From contig CAWCPV010000009.1 in the NCBI GenBank assembly GCA_963797555.1, positions 32,001 through 96,000 on the forward strand: a stretch of 64,000 bases of DNA, in the 5' to 3' direction. The stretch is from an uncultured Gammaproteobacteria bacterium. Lineage in GTDB: Bacteria; Pseudomonadota; Gammaproteobacteria; CAWCPV01. Shown one piece after another: positions 22,720 to 33,733 of the stretch; the first letter of the stretch is position 1, and every line of letters begins with the position of its first letter. The position numbers and the translations under genes are program-made. The notes under the pieces were generated by a model. The model saw only the letters and a program-made list of their open reading frames with translations, was not told the origin of the DNA and did no database searches.

Positions 22720-23352
22720 ATGGCTTCATCCGGTGCGCAGCCGCTGCTGATCTTCCCTTGTAACGGCAATGGGCTCGAGGCATTGGACTGCCTTGGTGAG
22801 AGTTTCCGTCTGATCGGATTTATCGACGATACGCCGGAGAAGCAGGGCAGAGCCATGGACGGCTGTCCAGTTTACGGTCGAGACGCGCTCACGCGGTGGC
22901 CCGCGGCGCAGGTCCTGGCCGTTCCGGGGAGCCCGACCTCGTACCGTCGCCGCGCGCAGATCATCGACGGCCTAGGTATCAGTGTCGACCGCTTCGCCAC
23001 CGTGATTCATCCTGCCGCGACTGTGTCGCCGCGGGCCCGGCTCGGCCGCAACGTGCTGATCATGGCGGGCGTTGTGGTTACCAGTAACGCCAGCATCCGT
23101 GACCACGTCTGCGTTTTGCCCAACAGCGTGATCCATCACGATGCGGTCGTCGGGGCATGGGGCCTGATCGGCTCCAACGTGACAGTCGCTGGAGGTGCCG
23201 TCCTGGGCGAGAACTGTTACATTGGGAGCGGATCTTCCATCATGAATGGCCTGAACGTGGGTGAGGGAGCCTTGGTGGGCCTTGGCTCCAACGTGATCCG
23301 GAGCGTCCCGGCGGGTGTTAGGGTCGTGGGCAACCCCGCGAAGCCGATTTGA
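22720..23352 (+). CDS. NeuD/PglD-family sugar acetyltransferase
   Basis: GFIDD, TVIHPAA, hexapeptide repeats, VVGNPAKPI. Confidence 0.88.
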   Translation: MASSGAQPLLIFPCNGNGLEALDCLGESFRLIGFIDDTPEKQGRAMDGCPVYGRDALTRWPAAQVLAVPGSPTSYRRRAQIIDGLGISVDRFATVIHPAATVSPRARLGRNVLIMAGVVVTSNASIRDHVCVLPNSVIHHDAVVGAWGLIGSNVTVAGGAVLGENCYIGSGSSIMNGLNVGEGALVGLGSNVIRSVPAGVRVVGNPAKPI

Positions 23353-23416
23353 CACCGTGGACCTCGCAGCCCGGAAGCGTCCGACAGCTCGCGAATGAAC
23401 GAAACGGAGACTCTGA

Positions 23417-24391
23417 ATGGATATCGACGGCGCGAGCATCCTGGTGACGGGAGGTTGCGGGCTCATCGGGTCGACAACCATCGACCTGCTTCTGCAGGAT
23501 TTCTCACCCGCACGCATTGTGATACTCGACAACCTGATCCGGGGTACACTGGCCAATGTGAACGAGGCGTTGAGGGACCCTCGCGTGACGCTGATGCGCG
23601 GCGACATTCGCGACCTCGACACGGTACGTAGGGCCACCGACGGCATGGATGCAGTCATCCACATGGCGGCGCTTCGCATTACCGCCTGCGCTGCAGATCC
23701 GCGCGAGGCGATGGGGGCGATGTGCGACGGCAGCTTCAACGTGGTGGAGGCCGCACAGGCAGCCGGTGCGAAGAAGGTGGTTGCCGCCTCATCGGCGTCG
23801 GTTTACGGGTTGGCCGACACGTTTCCGACCCGCGAAGACCATCACCCCTACAATAACCGGACCTGGTATGGCGCGAGCAAGGTGATGCTGGAGGGCCTGC
23901 TGCGGTCTTACAACGAGATGTTCGGGTTGCCGTACGCCGCACTCCGCTACTTCAACGTGTATGGCCCCCGGATGGATATCCACGGCAAGTATACCGAGGT
24001 CTTGGTGCGCTGGATGGAACGGATCGATTCTGGCCAACCGCCGCTCGTCCTCGGTGACGGCAACCAGACCATGGACTTCGTCTACATCGAGGATGCCGCC
24101 CGATCGAATATTCTTGCGCTGGAGTCCGACCTGACCGACGACGTGTTCAACGTTGCGAGCGGCACCGAGACCAGCCTCAATGAGTTGGCGGCGGCGCTGC
24201 TCAAGGTGATGGGCTCGGATCTCGAGCCCGAGCACGGCCCGGAGCGCAAGGTGAGTCCGGTATCGCGGCGCTTGGCTGACACCCGCAAGGCCGAGAAACG
24301 GCTCGGATTCAGGGCGCAGGTGGGGCTGGAAGAGGGACTGGCCCGATTGGTGGATTGGTGGCGCGCAAACCGGTCGATATTCAGCTCATGA
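23417..24391 (+). CDS. NAD-dependent epimerase/dehydratase
   Basis: [23 protein letters not shown]. Confidence 0.92.
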   Translation: MDIDGASILVTGGCGLIGSTTIDLLLQDFSPARIVILDNLIRGTLANVNEALRDPRVTLMRGDIRDLDTVRRATDGMDAVIHMAALRITACAADPREAMGAMCDGSFNVVEAAQAAGAKKVVAASSASVYGLADTFPTREDHHPYNNRTWYGASKVMLEGLLRSYNEMFGLPYAALRYFNVYGPRMDIHGKYTEVLVRWMERIDSGQPPLVLGDGNQTMDFVYIEDAARSNILALESDLTDDVFNVASGTETSLNELAAALLKVMGSDLEPEHGPERKVSPVSRRLADTRKAEKRLGFRAQVGLEEGLARLVDWWRANRSIFSS

Positions 24392-25577
24392 TTCCCATCG
24401 CCAAGCCCTTGATGGGCGAGCCGGAAGCCGACGCGGCGCGGCGGGTGATCCTGAGCGGGTGGATCACGCAGGGTCCCGAGGTAGCCGCCTTCGAGCGGGA
24501 GTTTGCGGCCTTCGTCGGTGCCCCGTATGCGTGCGCGGTATCCAGTTGTACAACGGCGCTGCATCTTGCGCTGCTGACAGTCGGTGTGCAGCCCGGCGAC
24601 GAAGTCATCACCGTCAGTCACTCCTACATCGCTACGGCCAATGCGATCCGATACTGCGGAGCCACCCCGGTATTCGTGGATATCGACCGCAAAGCTTTAA
24701 CATGGACCCGTCGCTGATCGAGTGCGCTATGAGCGGGCGTACGCGCGCCATTTTCGGCGTGCATCAGATGGGCATGCCGTGCGATTTGGGACAGATACTC
24801 GAGATTGCACGTCGTCATGCGCTGCCTGTCATCGAGGACGCAGCGTGCGCCATCGGCAGCGAAATTCTGTGGAGCGGCCAATGGCAGAAAGTAGGCAAGC
24901 CGCACGGCGACATCGCATGCTTTTCCTTTCATCCCCGCAAGGTCATCAGTACCGGCGATGGCGGAATGATCACGACCGAGAATGCCGACTGGGACGCAAG
25001 ATTCCGCTTGTTGCGCCAACATGCCATGAGCGTGCCTGACACGGTGCGCCATGGGGCCAGCCAGGTCATCTTCGAGTCCTATCCGACGCTCGGTTACAAC
25101 TACCGCATGACCGACATACAGGCAGCCGTTGGACGCGAGCAACTGCGACGGCTGCCCGAGATCATCGCAAAGCGACGCGCTCTGGCAGAGCAATACCGGG
25201 AACTGCTCGCGGACGCGCCTGGCCTAAAGCTGCCTAGCGAATCGGAATTCGCACGCACCAACTGGCAAAGCTACTGCGTAGGTTTGCCGCCGGGCTGCGA
25301 TCAGCGGGTCGTGATGCAGGTCATGTTGGACGCTGGGGTGGCGACTCGCCGTGGGATTATGTGCTCGCATCGGGAACCGGCATATCCACACAGCGTCTGG
25401 TCCTGCGGGGTCGCAGCAGAGAATTGTGGGTGTGCAGATGGTCACTGCCGACGACTGAGGCATAGCGAAGAGTCGCAAGACAGAACCATCATCCTGCCAT
25501 TGTTTCCGCAGATGAGCTTCGAGCAGCAGAACCAGGTCGTGGTTGCTTTGCGTGATGCCTTGCGTACATGCCAGTAA
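24388..25577 (+). CDS. second DegT-family aminotransferase (frameshift near 24690)
   Basis: [15 protein letters not shown] in one frame; [34 protein letters not shown] in the next. Confidence 0.88.
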
Positions 25578-25723
25578 GCCGGAGCGTCCATCAGGATCTT
25601 AGCGCTCTGGAACCCGCTGTGGATGCCCGCGTGGGCGGTTAAGAATGTTGAGTTGTTGCCACCGCTGAGGTCGGTATCGGGCCCTTTCACCGAGCGGTTC
25701 AACGGCGACTGGAAGGTAAGGTT

Positions 25724-27010
25724 ATGGCACACAACAGAAAGATCTCCGTGATCGGGCTCGGGTATGTGGGGTTGCCGGTGGCCGCGGAATTCGGCAAGCG
25801 CCAGCGGATTGTCGGCTTCGACATCAATCCCCAGCGCATCCAGGAGTTGAGACGCGGCTGGGATCGGACCCACGAGGTCGAGCCTCGCGATCTGCGGGAG
25901 GCCGACATCGTCTACACCGATCAAAGTGAAGACTTGCGGGCAGCCGACTTTCATATCGTTGCGGTGCCCACCCCCGTCGATCGAGCCAAGCAGCCGGACC
26001 TGGGCGCGGTGATCCGGGCCTCGGAGACGGTCGGGCGCCAGCTCAAGTCGGGCGATATCGTCGTCTATGAATCAACGGTGTATCCGGGCGCCACGGAAGA
26101 GGATTGCGTCCCGGTGTTGGAGCGCACCTCGGGGCTTCGTTGCGGTGTCGACTTCTTCGTGGGCTACTCGCCGGAGCGTATCAACCCAGGCGACAAGGCC
26201 CATGTGTTCAAGAGTATCACCAAGATCGTCGCGGGCCAGACCCCTGAGGTCCTGGATATCGTCGCGGCGGTGTACGGCTCCGTTGTCATCGCCGGTGTGC
26301 ACAGGGCAAGTTCTATCAAGGTCGCCGAAGCGGCCAAGGTGATAGAGAACACCCAACGCGACCTCAACATTTCCCTAATGAACGAGCTTGCCTTGATCTT
26401 CAACAAGATGGGCATAGACACCCGGGAGGTGCTGGCGGCGGCCGGCACCAAGTGGAACTTCCTGCCCTTTGACCCTGGCTTGGTAGGAGGGCATTGCATA
26501 GGCGTGGACCCCTACTACCTGACCTACAAAGCCCAGGTGTTGGGGTATACCCCCCAGGTGATCCTGGCAGGGCGCAGCATCAACGATGGGCTAGGGACCT
26601 ATATCGCCGGCCAGGTTGTAAAGCAGCTCATCCACGCTGGGCGCAATGTCAAGGGCAGCGTGGTGACGGTCCTGGGCGTAACTTTCAAGGAAAACGTGCC
26701 GGACCTGCGTAACACCCGAGTCATCGACCTCATCCAGGATCTCAGGGATTACGGCGTCCGGGTCCAGACTCATGACCCTCTTGCCGATCCGGCGGAGGCC
26801 CAAGAGGCATACGGCCTTACGCTCCTCGCCGAAGACCGCCTGGCTCCGGCGGATGCGGTAGTACTGGCTGTGTGTCACGAGCAGTACGTGGCGAGCGGTT
26901 GGGGTGGTATCACCCCCCTGCTCAAGGGCGGGGAAGGGGTGGTCATAGACGTTAAGGCTACGCTGCCGAGGGCACTGCAACCGGCGGGTGTGACTCTCTG
27001 GCGCCTGTAG
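25724..27010 (+). CDS. UDP-N-acetylhexosamine C6 dehydrogenase (WbpO/TviB-like)
   Basis: GLGYVGLP, YESTVYPG, YSPERINPGD, GGHCIGVDPYYL. Confidence 0.92.
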   Translation: MAHNRKISVIGLGYVGLPVAAEFGKRQRIVGFDINPQRIQELRRGWDRTHEVEPRDLREADIVYTDQSEDLRAADFHIVAVPTPVDRAKQPDLGAVIRASETVGRQLKSGDIVVYESTVYPGATEEDCVPVLERTSGLRCGVDFFVGYSPERINPGDKAHVFKSITKIVAGQTPEVLDIVAAVYGSVVIAGVHRASSIKVAEAAKVIENTQRDLNISLMNELALIFNKMGIDTREVLAAAGTKWNFLPFDPGLVGGHCIGVDPYYLTYKAQVLGYTPQVILAGRSINDGLGTYIAGQVVKQLIHAGRNVKGSVVTVLGVTFKENVPDLRNTRVIDLIQDLRDYGVRVQTHDPLADPAEAQEAYGLTLLAEDRLAPADAVVLAVCHEQYVASGWGGITPLLKGGEGVVIDVKATLPRALQPAGVTLWRL

Positions 27011-27438
27011 AGGGCGTGACGCGAGAAATGTAGTCATCACTAACACCTCGGCGCCAACGTCCTCCGCCCTGCCCTTCTGACGCAGTTCCACCGTCTTCAG
27101 CCACGTGCCCGTGCGCTCGGCCATCGCCTTGCCGCCCGGTCCTTGCGGACAGGCAAGACCTTAACGCCCTTGCGCAAATCGATATGCCGCCGGCGTCACC
27201 CGATGGCCTCCTTCGGCTGACAACTCGGCTTTCTTCAGTCCTTCTGCCCGCATCGGGCGATAATGCCTGCAGACGGCCCGGTATTTCACCTCGGCACCGT
27301 CCCTTATGGGTTCATTGCCTCGCGTGTTGCACCCATGTTTCCGTGCAGCGGCCTTCGATTGGTCAAGAAAAGTCGAGTGCCGACGTTTGTCAATGGGCTA
27401 TGAGTTGAACGCGTCTCTGCTTTGTAGAGGTCTGAAAC

Positions 27439-28590
27439 ATGAACGCTAGCATCCGCCGTAACACGAACTTCGACCCCAACCCGGCGACTGTCGCAAATGT
27501 TTACGGTAAAATGCACGTAGACCCTGATACTCCCTTCCAGTGGCATTTGCCTCTAAGTAAATTTGCCTTCCTGGAGCAGTTGCGCCGGGAGGAGCGCCGG
27601 GCAAACCGTTCCAATGGTCATTTGTCCATTGCACTTATTCGTCTTGACAACGAGAGTGCCAGTGATCTCCGTAGCTCCATGGCGATATTAAAGCGTCTCC
27701 AAAACAGCGTGCGAGAGACAGATATTCTTGGCTGTCTCGATAAGGAAGTATTCGGTGTAATACTTCCGGATACGGACGAGAACAGGACACAAGATTTCAA
27801 GAATCGGATCGTTAACGGACACAAGAATCCACCCTTCACCATTATCACCGGGACTTATCCTGGCATGCTCTTTCAGAACCTCTTAACAGAGGACCAAGCT
27901 CGGTCGGAGTTATATCCTCTATTTATGGAAGATCCGCAAAAATGCAAAGGATTTGCCTACTTGTTGAAGAGGAGTCTTGACATCCTGGGTGCCGTCGTCG
28001 GGATACTTCTCTTCTCTCCCCTGATGCTGATTGCAGCTTTGGCGATTAAGATAACTTCTCCAGGGCCGATTATTTTCAGACAAATGCGCTTAGGTCAAAG
28101 GGGTGTGCCGTTCGTATTCTACAAGTTTCGATCCATGTTTGCGAATACGGATGAGCGAATCCACCGAGAGTATGTCAGCCATTTGATCGAAGGAAATCTT
28201 GATCACATTAATCAAGGGGACAAGGAAAAGCCATTGTATAAGATGAAATCTGATCCGAGAATTACGCGAGTTGGTAGGATCATTCGGAAAACGAGTATTG
28301 ATGAGCTTCCGCAGCTTTTCAATGTGCTAAAGGGAGACATGAGTCTGGTGGGGCCGCGGCCGCCCCTTCCTTACGAAGTCGAGAAATATCAGGCCTGGCA
28401 TCTCGCCCGAATATTAGAGATAAAGCCGGGTATTACCGGGCTCTGGCAGGTGGAAGGGCGCAGTGCAACATCGTTCGATGACATGGTGAGGCTCGACATT
28501 CGGTATATTCGGAACTGGTCGCTTATGCTCGACCTAAAAATTCTGCTCAAAACAGTCAGAGTGGTCCTGCAGTCCGCTGGCGCCGTCTAG
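27439..28590 (+). CDS. priming phosphoglycosyl transferase with N-terminal degenerate GGDEF-like domain
   Basis: C-terminal [33 protein letters not shown]; N-terminal [35 protein letters not shown]. Confidence 0.9.
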   Translation: MNASIRRNTNFDPNPATVANVYGKMHVDPDTPFQWHLPLSKFAFLEQLRREERRANRSNGHLSIALIRLDNESASDLRSSMAILKRLQNSVRETDILGCLDKEVFGVILPDTDENRTQDFKNRIVNGHKNPPFTIITGTYPGMLFQNLLTEDQARSELYPLFMEDPQKCKGFAYLLKRSLDILGAVVGILLFSPLMLIAALAIKITSPGPIIFRQMRLGQRGVPFVFYKFRSMFANTDERIHREYVSHLIEGNLDHINQGDKEKPLYKMKSDPRITRVGRIIRKTSIDELPQLFNVLKGDMSLVGPRPPLPYEVEKYQAWHLARILEIKPGITGLWQVEGRSATSFDDMVRLDIRYIRNWSLMLDLKILLKTVRVVLQSAGAV

Positions 28591-28642
28591 TGCGCAAGGC
28601 GAACCGTGGAGAGAAAGGCGAAGGCATCTGACAGCTACCCGC

Positions 28643-30217
28643 ATGCCATTAACTCCTTGTAATAAACTCCCTTCTGGTCCTTCGCTGCAAGATACGCCTC
28701 GAACGGACGAGGTCGAGACCACGGGCGAGAAGCATAGGTACGGCCAGATTCTGAAGTCCTCGGCATTGATCGGGGGCTCGTCGATGCTGACCATCGCCAT
28801 CGGAATCGTCCGTACCAAGGCCATGGCGTTGCTGCTGGGTCCAGCCGGGTTCGGACTGATGAGCTTGTACAGCTCGATTTCGGACCTCGCTCGCAGCATT
28901 GGTGAAATGGGGATTAACAGCAGTGGTGTTCGCCAGATCGCGGACGCAGTGGGTTCGGGTGACACCGATCGCATTGCGCGGACCGCGACCATCCTGCGAC
29001 GAATAGCGGTCGTACTTGGACTGTTTGGAGCCAGTCTGCTGATGCTGTTCTCTGTAACCAGGTGTCGACGCTGACGTTTGGCAACGATCAGCATGCTGGC
29101 TCCGTGGCCCTGCTGTCGCTGGCGGTGCTGTTCGGCTGCGTAGCCGGGGGGCAAGGCGCGCTGATCCAGGGGATGCGGCGCATTGCGGATCTCGCGAAGA
29201 TGGGCGTATTGGGCGCGCTCTTTGGAACCATCATCAGCATCCCGTTGGTTTATTTCTTTGGCGAGGAAGGGGTCGTCCTGTCTCTCGTAGGTATTGCGGC
29301 GATGTCGGTTCTCACCTCTTGGTGGTACAGCCGCAAGGTAGCAGTGCAGATGCCTTCCATGACGCTGTCGCAAGTGAGGCGGGAAGCAGCGGACTTTGCT
29401 GAAACTCGGCTTTGCGTTCATGGCCAGTGCGCTGATGATGACGGGGGTCGCCTACGTAGTGCGCCTCATTTTGTCACGCGAAGTCGGTCTCGATGCAGCC
29501 GGATTGTATCAATCGGCTTGGACCCTTGGCGGACTGTATGTTGGGTTCGTTCTGCAGGCCATGGGCGCGGACTTTTACCCCCGTTTGACCGGTGTCGCCA
29601 GGGACAATGCCGCCTGCAACCGCATGGTGAACGAACAGGCGCAAGTCAGTCTGTTGTTAGCAGGACCGGGCGTCATCGCCACCCTCGTCTTTGCACCGCT
29701 GGTGATCTGCACTGCTCTATAGCGCCAGGTTCGACGGGGCGGTAGGAATCCTACGTTGGATATGCCTTGGAATGGCCCTTCGGGTGATTATCTGGCCGAT
29801 CGGCTTCATTATTCTGGCAAAAGGCGCGCAGAACCTTTTCTTCTGGACCGAGTTGGCCTGGACGGTCGTCCACCTCGGTCTCGCGTGGGCGTGTGTGAGA
29901 TCGTTCGGTGCCGATGGTGCCGGCATTGCTTTCTTTGGATCGTACATTTTTCACGGATTTATCATCTACGCGATTGTACACCGCGTCTACGGATTTCGAT
30001 GGTCAACCCCGAACACTCGGACAGCCTTGCTTTTGGTTGTTTGATCGCGGTCGTGTTCTGCGGGTTCTACCTACTTCCACTCATGTTAGCTTACGGCGTG
30101 GGGACGTTGGCGGTGTTTGCGAGTGGCTTTTATTCGATACGTCGGTTAATCAATCTGGTCTCTTGGGACCAGATCACGCGTCCCGTGCGGCGGTGGCTTG
30201 CGGCCTTTGCTTTCTAA
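28643..30217 (+). CDS. wzx: Wzx flippase / O-antigen translocase (several frameshifts)
   Basis: YGQILKSSALIGGS, RTKAMALLLGPAG, GLYQSAWTL, MGADFYPRLT across 4-5 overlapping hydrophobic ORFs. Confidence 0.85.
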
Positions 30218-30244
30218 AACGGCAATCATTCGAGGAGCCGTGCT

Positions 30245-31267
30245 GTGACCTCTGTGGATGTCATTGTACCTTGTTACCGTTATGGACATTTTCTGCGACA
30301 GTGTGTAGAAAGTGTTCTTGCGGAATCCGTACAAAAGGTTCGCGTTCGAATCATTGACGACGCTTCGCCAGATAACACGGCCGAAGTGGCTGCGGATCTC
30401 GAGAGCGAGGACTCGAGAGTAACGTTCGTGCGGCACATTGTGAACAAAGGGCACATCGCGACGTATAACGAAGGCATTGAATGGGCTACAGCGGACTACT
30501 TATTGATTCTGTCGGCAGACGATTACTTGCTTCCAGGCGCACTTAGTCGCGCAGTAAACCTCATGGATGCACATCCGGAAGTTGGTTTCGTTTTTGGTAA
30601 TTTCATCCGCCTCAGCGATGCCGGCGCCATAAGTCAAGTACAAAGACGTGTGAGGGTCAGTGATAAGCGGGGCTGGCGTATCTTGACCGGGCGGGAATTC
30701 ATCGAACTTACCGGGGCGAGCAACTTTGTAGCTTCACCTACTGCGGTTGTAAGAACGATTCTGCAGAAGCGATTGGGAGGATACCGCCCTGAGTTGCCTC
30801 ACAGCGGTGATATGGAGATGTGGTTGCGGTTATCTGCACATGCTTCAGTCGGATTCGTGAAAGCGCATCAGGCAGTCTATCGTCGTCATTCTGAGAATAT
30901 GTCAAAGGCTTACATTGGGACAGTCTGGCTTCCGGATCTTCAACAGCGAAAGGCTGCGCTAGAGTGTTTTTTGGAAAACTACAGCAATGTTTTGCCCGAC
31001 GCCCAACAACTACACCGGCGGATGTTTTGGTCGCTTGCTCGCATAACGATTGGGTGCGCCAGTGCGGCATTCGCCAATGGCGAAATCGAGATTTCTAACG
31101 ACCTTTGCGGGTTGGCACTCGAGGTTTGTCCCAAGGTTAAGAGATCGTTGTCGTGGATAAAGTTTGCGTACATACGGCATGTGGGCAGCCTAGCAGGGCG
31201 CAGTTCGCTGACGATTGTCAGCGGATTCCGCAAAGTGCTATCCACCTTTATGGGCTTGTTAAGTTGA
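30245..31267 (+). CDS. glycosyltransferase family 2
   Basis: VIVPCYRY, IIDDASPD, SADD, GDMEMWLR. Confidence 0.9.
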   Translation: MTSVDVIVPCYRYGHFLRQCVESVLAESVQKVRVRIIDDASPDNTAEVAADLESEDSRVTFVRHIVNKGHIATYNEGIEWATADYLLILSADDYLLPGALSRAVNLMDAHPEVGFVFGNFIRLSDAGAISQVQRRVRVSDKRGWRILTGREFIELTGASNFVASPTAVVRTILQKRLGGYRPELPHSGDMEMWLRLSAHASVGFVKAHQAVYRRHSENMSKAYIGTVWLPDLQQRKAALECFLENYSNVLPDAQQLHRRMFWSLARITIGCASAAFANGEIEISNDLCGLALEVCPKVKRSLSWIKFAYIRHVGSLAGRSSLTIVSGFRKVLSTFMGLLS

Positions 31268-32155
31268 TTGAACCTAACGATCATGGCGATTGACTCACCA
31301 TTCCAGAGCATGAAAAATGCCGTCAACCAACTCTTCCTCACCCGATGACCAAGGTTAGAGGCACCTTGGGCGGTGCTTGACCGAGGTCCGCGAGCGAGGA
31401 AGCTTCTCCCCCCATCGTGTCTTTCGGAGACGGCGAGGGGTTGTGTCGTCTCGGGCTCCATCTTTTTCACGTTATCGCGTGGCCACGTAACAGTTGCGGG
31501 CTTGGGTTAGTTAATGAAGGCCTGACGCGACTATGGGCGGGTATGAGACCTGTCCAGAAAGTGGTGAGGAAGTCAAAAGGGGCGAGACGTGCTGCCAACC
31601 GCCCACAATACGTTTAGTCACCAAGCTGTCGCGGGCCGCAGGGGATGCGTGAAGGACGCTGAACAACGACCAAACGGTCCAACTGTTGTTTGGAGAGCGA
31701 CAAGACCAGGCGCAAACAATGGCCATGGGGGCACGTGGTGGAGGTACGCAGGTTCCGCAACGGAACGCTTCTGTTGGGAGCGACGAAACGCTATGTGGCA
31801 GGCAAGTGAGCGGTATTTCGGGCCGGGTTACTAATAGCTCGCCGGGATTGTTGCCTTTCATGCAGCCCCCTGTTTGAGAATGACGACATCTACGGTTGCT
31901 GTGGCTGAGAGGCCGCGGCCTCAGGTCGCTGGCAGACGGGCTCAGAACCGCGGCCGTGTCTTATGGCGATCCCTTCTCCGGAGCCGATAAGAGCATGGAC
32001 GGGTAGGGCACAGTGACCACGGGCGACCTCCGCCCCCTGGTTGATCTTCGGGTAAGGGGGGCGGGATATTTGCCCCCCATCCCCGTTGTGTCCGTGACTC
32101 GCCCCAGATCGGCGGCCACTGGAACCATCGCATGCGTGGCTGAAGGAGTGAATGC

Positions 32156-33109
32156 GTGACACAGAAGCCGGAGACTGGGAGTTTCACCCACCCTTGTGCC
32201 CCTTATGATGTCCGCAGGAGACCATACGGTTTGAATAATCCACTCAAATACGTAGTTATCACGCCGGTACGGGATGAGGCACTCCACATAGAGAAAACGA
32301 TCGCATCCATCATCCGTCAAACCATTCCGCCTTCCCAATGGGTTATTGTGGATGATGGGTCAACTGACGGTACCAGTGAAATTCTGGATCATCATGCGGC
32401 CCAGACTAGCTGGATAAGAGTGATGCACAGGGAAAACCGGGGATATCGGGCTGCTGGGGGGGGGGTGATGGAAGCCTTCTATGCCGGATATTCTGCCTTG
32501 AGCGACCACAATTGGGATTTCATCGTCAAGCTGGACGGTGATCTGTCGTTTGCCCCTGATTACTTTGAGCAGAGCTTCAGGATGTTTGGGGCTGAAATGA
32601 AATTGGGAGTTGGCGGCGGAACGGTCTGTAAGTTGGAGAATGGGGAACTGAAGGTGGACTCCGTGGGAGATCCTCCATTCCATGTCAGGGGGGCAACGAA
32701 AATCTATCGCCGCGCGTGTTGGGAAAAGATTGCCCCTCTGGCCAAAGCGCCGGGCTGGGATACCATCGATGAGGTCAAAGCGAACCTACAGGGCTGGACC
32801 ACACGGACCTTCGCTGATCTCAAGTTGGTTCAGCACAAGGCCACTGGCGGCGCAGATGGCAACTGGCGCAACTGGTTCAAGAACGGGCGGGCCAATTACA
32901 TCACCGGCTACCATCCGGTGTTCATGCTGGCGAAATGTCTCAAGCGAGCCGTACATAAACCGTTTCTAGTTGAGTCGATGGCTTTGATGGCTGGCTTTTG
33001 TTCGGGCTATCTGAAGAGGATGCCGCAGGTGGAGGACGACGAAACCATCCGCTATCTGCGGGAGCAGCAGCTTCGGTGCCTCTTGCTGCGGCCATGCATA
33101 TACCGATAG
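32156..33109 (+). CDS. glycosyltransferase family 2
   Basis: VITPVRDE, VDDGSTDGT, KLDGD, GWDTIDE. Confidence 0.9.
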   Translation: MTQKPETGSFTHPCAPYDVRRRPYGLNNPLKYVVITPVRDEALHIEKTIASIIRQTIPPSQWVIVDDGSTDGTSEILDHHAAQTSWIRVMHRENRGYRAAGGGVMEAFYAGYSALSDHNWDFIVKLDGDLSFAPDYFEQSFRMFGAEMKLGVGGGTVCKLENGELKVDSVGDPPFHVRGATKIYRRACWEKIAPLAKAPGWDTIDEVKANLQGWTTRTFADLKLVQHKATGGADGNWRNWFKNGRANYITGYHPVFMLAKCLKRAVHKPFLVESMALMAGFCSGYLKRMPQVEDDETIRYLREQQLRCLLLRPCIYR

Positions 33110-33313
33110 CGTCAACCCCAGCGTTCATACCGTTTTCACTTATGCCGCTTTCTGCAGTGCCTCCAGGTAATGCGACAACTCTTACTGGATGGCTGAATTG
33201 GCGCTCATCGACAGGGTCAATCGACCCTGCGGACGGACCAGGGGACGGGACGCGCGCCTGGCCGGTCTCGGCCACACGGCACAGAACAACGGATGCTAAG
33301 ACGCCTATTCATA

Positions 33314-33375
33314 GTAACAATCCACCGGCAAAGCCGGGGGCTTTCCGGTTGTTGGCCCCTCAAAGGGGCCTGATC
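33314..33375 (-). mobile_element. IS200/IS605-like terminal hairpins (no tnpA/tnpB seen)
   Basis: hairpins CCACCGGC-AAA-GCCGGGGG (33322-33340) and GGCCCCT-CAA-AGGGGCC (33354-33370) resemble IS200-group ends. Confidence 0.45.
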
Positions 33376-33404
33376 GCAGTCGAAAAGGCGTCAAGGTTCT
33401 CCCC

Positions 33405-33715
33405 CGGACTCGCTGCTGGCGAGTGCACTGTTCTCGCGGGCCGCCAGCATCCAAGCCACCACGAAGCGGCTGTAGAGGTCGAGCACCACGTAGAGATTCA
33501 GGAACACGCCTCGGCTCAGGGTGGCAAGCTTGGTGATGTCCCAGGTCCAGACTTGGTTGGCGGCGCTTGCCTCCAGGCGCGGCACGGGATGGTGAGTTTT
33601 GGGGCGCATGGCGCGCCGCTCGCCCGACTCTGCGGATTCGGCCAACAGCCGATGCATGGTGCGAACAGAACTCGGCGCCGTCTCTCCAGCAGCCCCATGT
33701 GGGCAAACTAACCCC
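33405..33715 (-). mobile_element. IS3-family transposase internal fragment
   Basis: SVRTMHRLL...NQVWTWDITKL...LYVVLDLYSRFVVAW. Confidence 0.8.
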
Positions 33716-33733
33716 GAAACAGCACAGGTCAAT

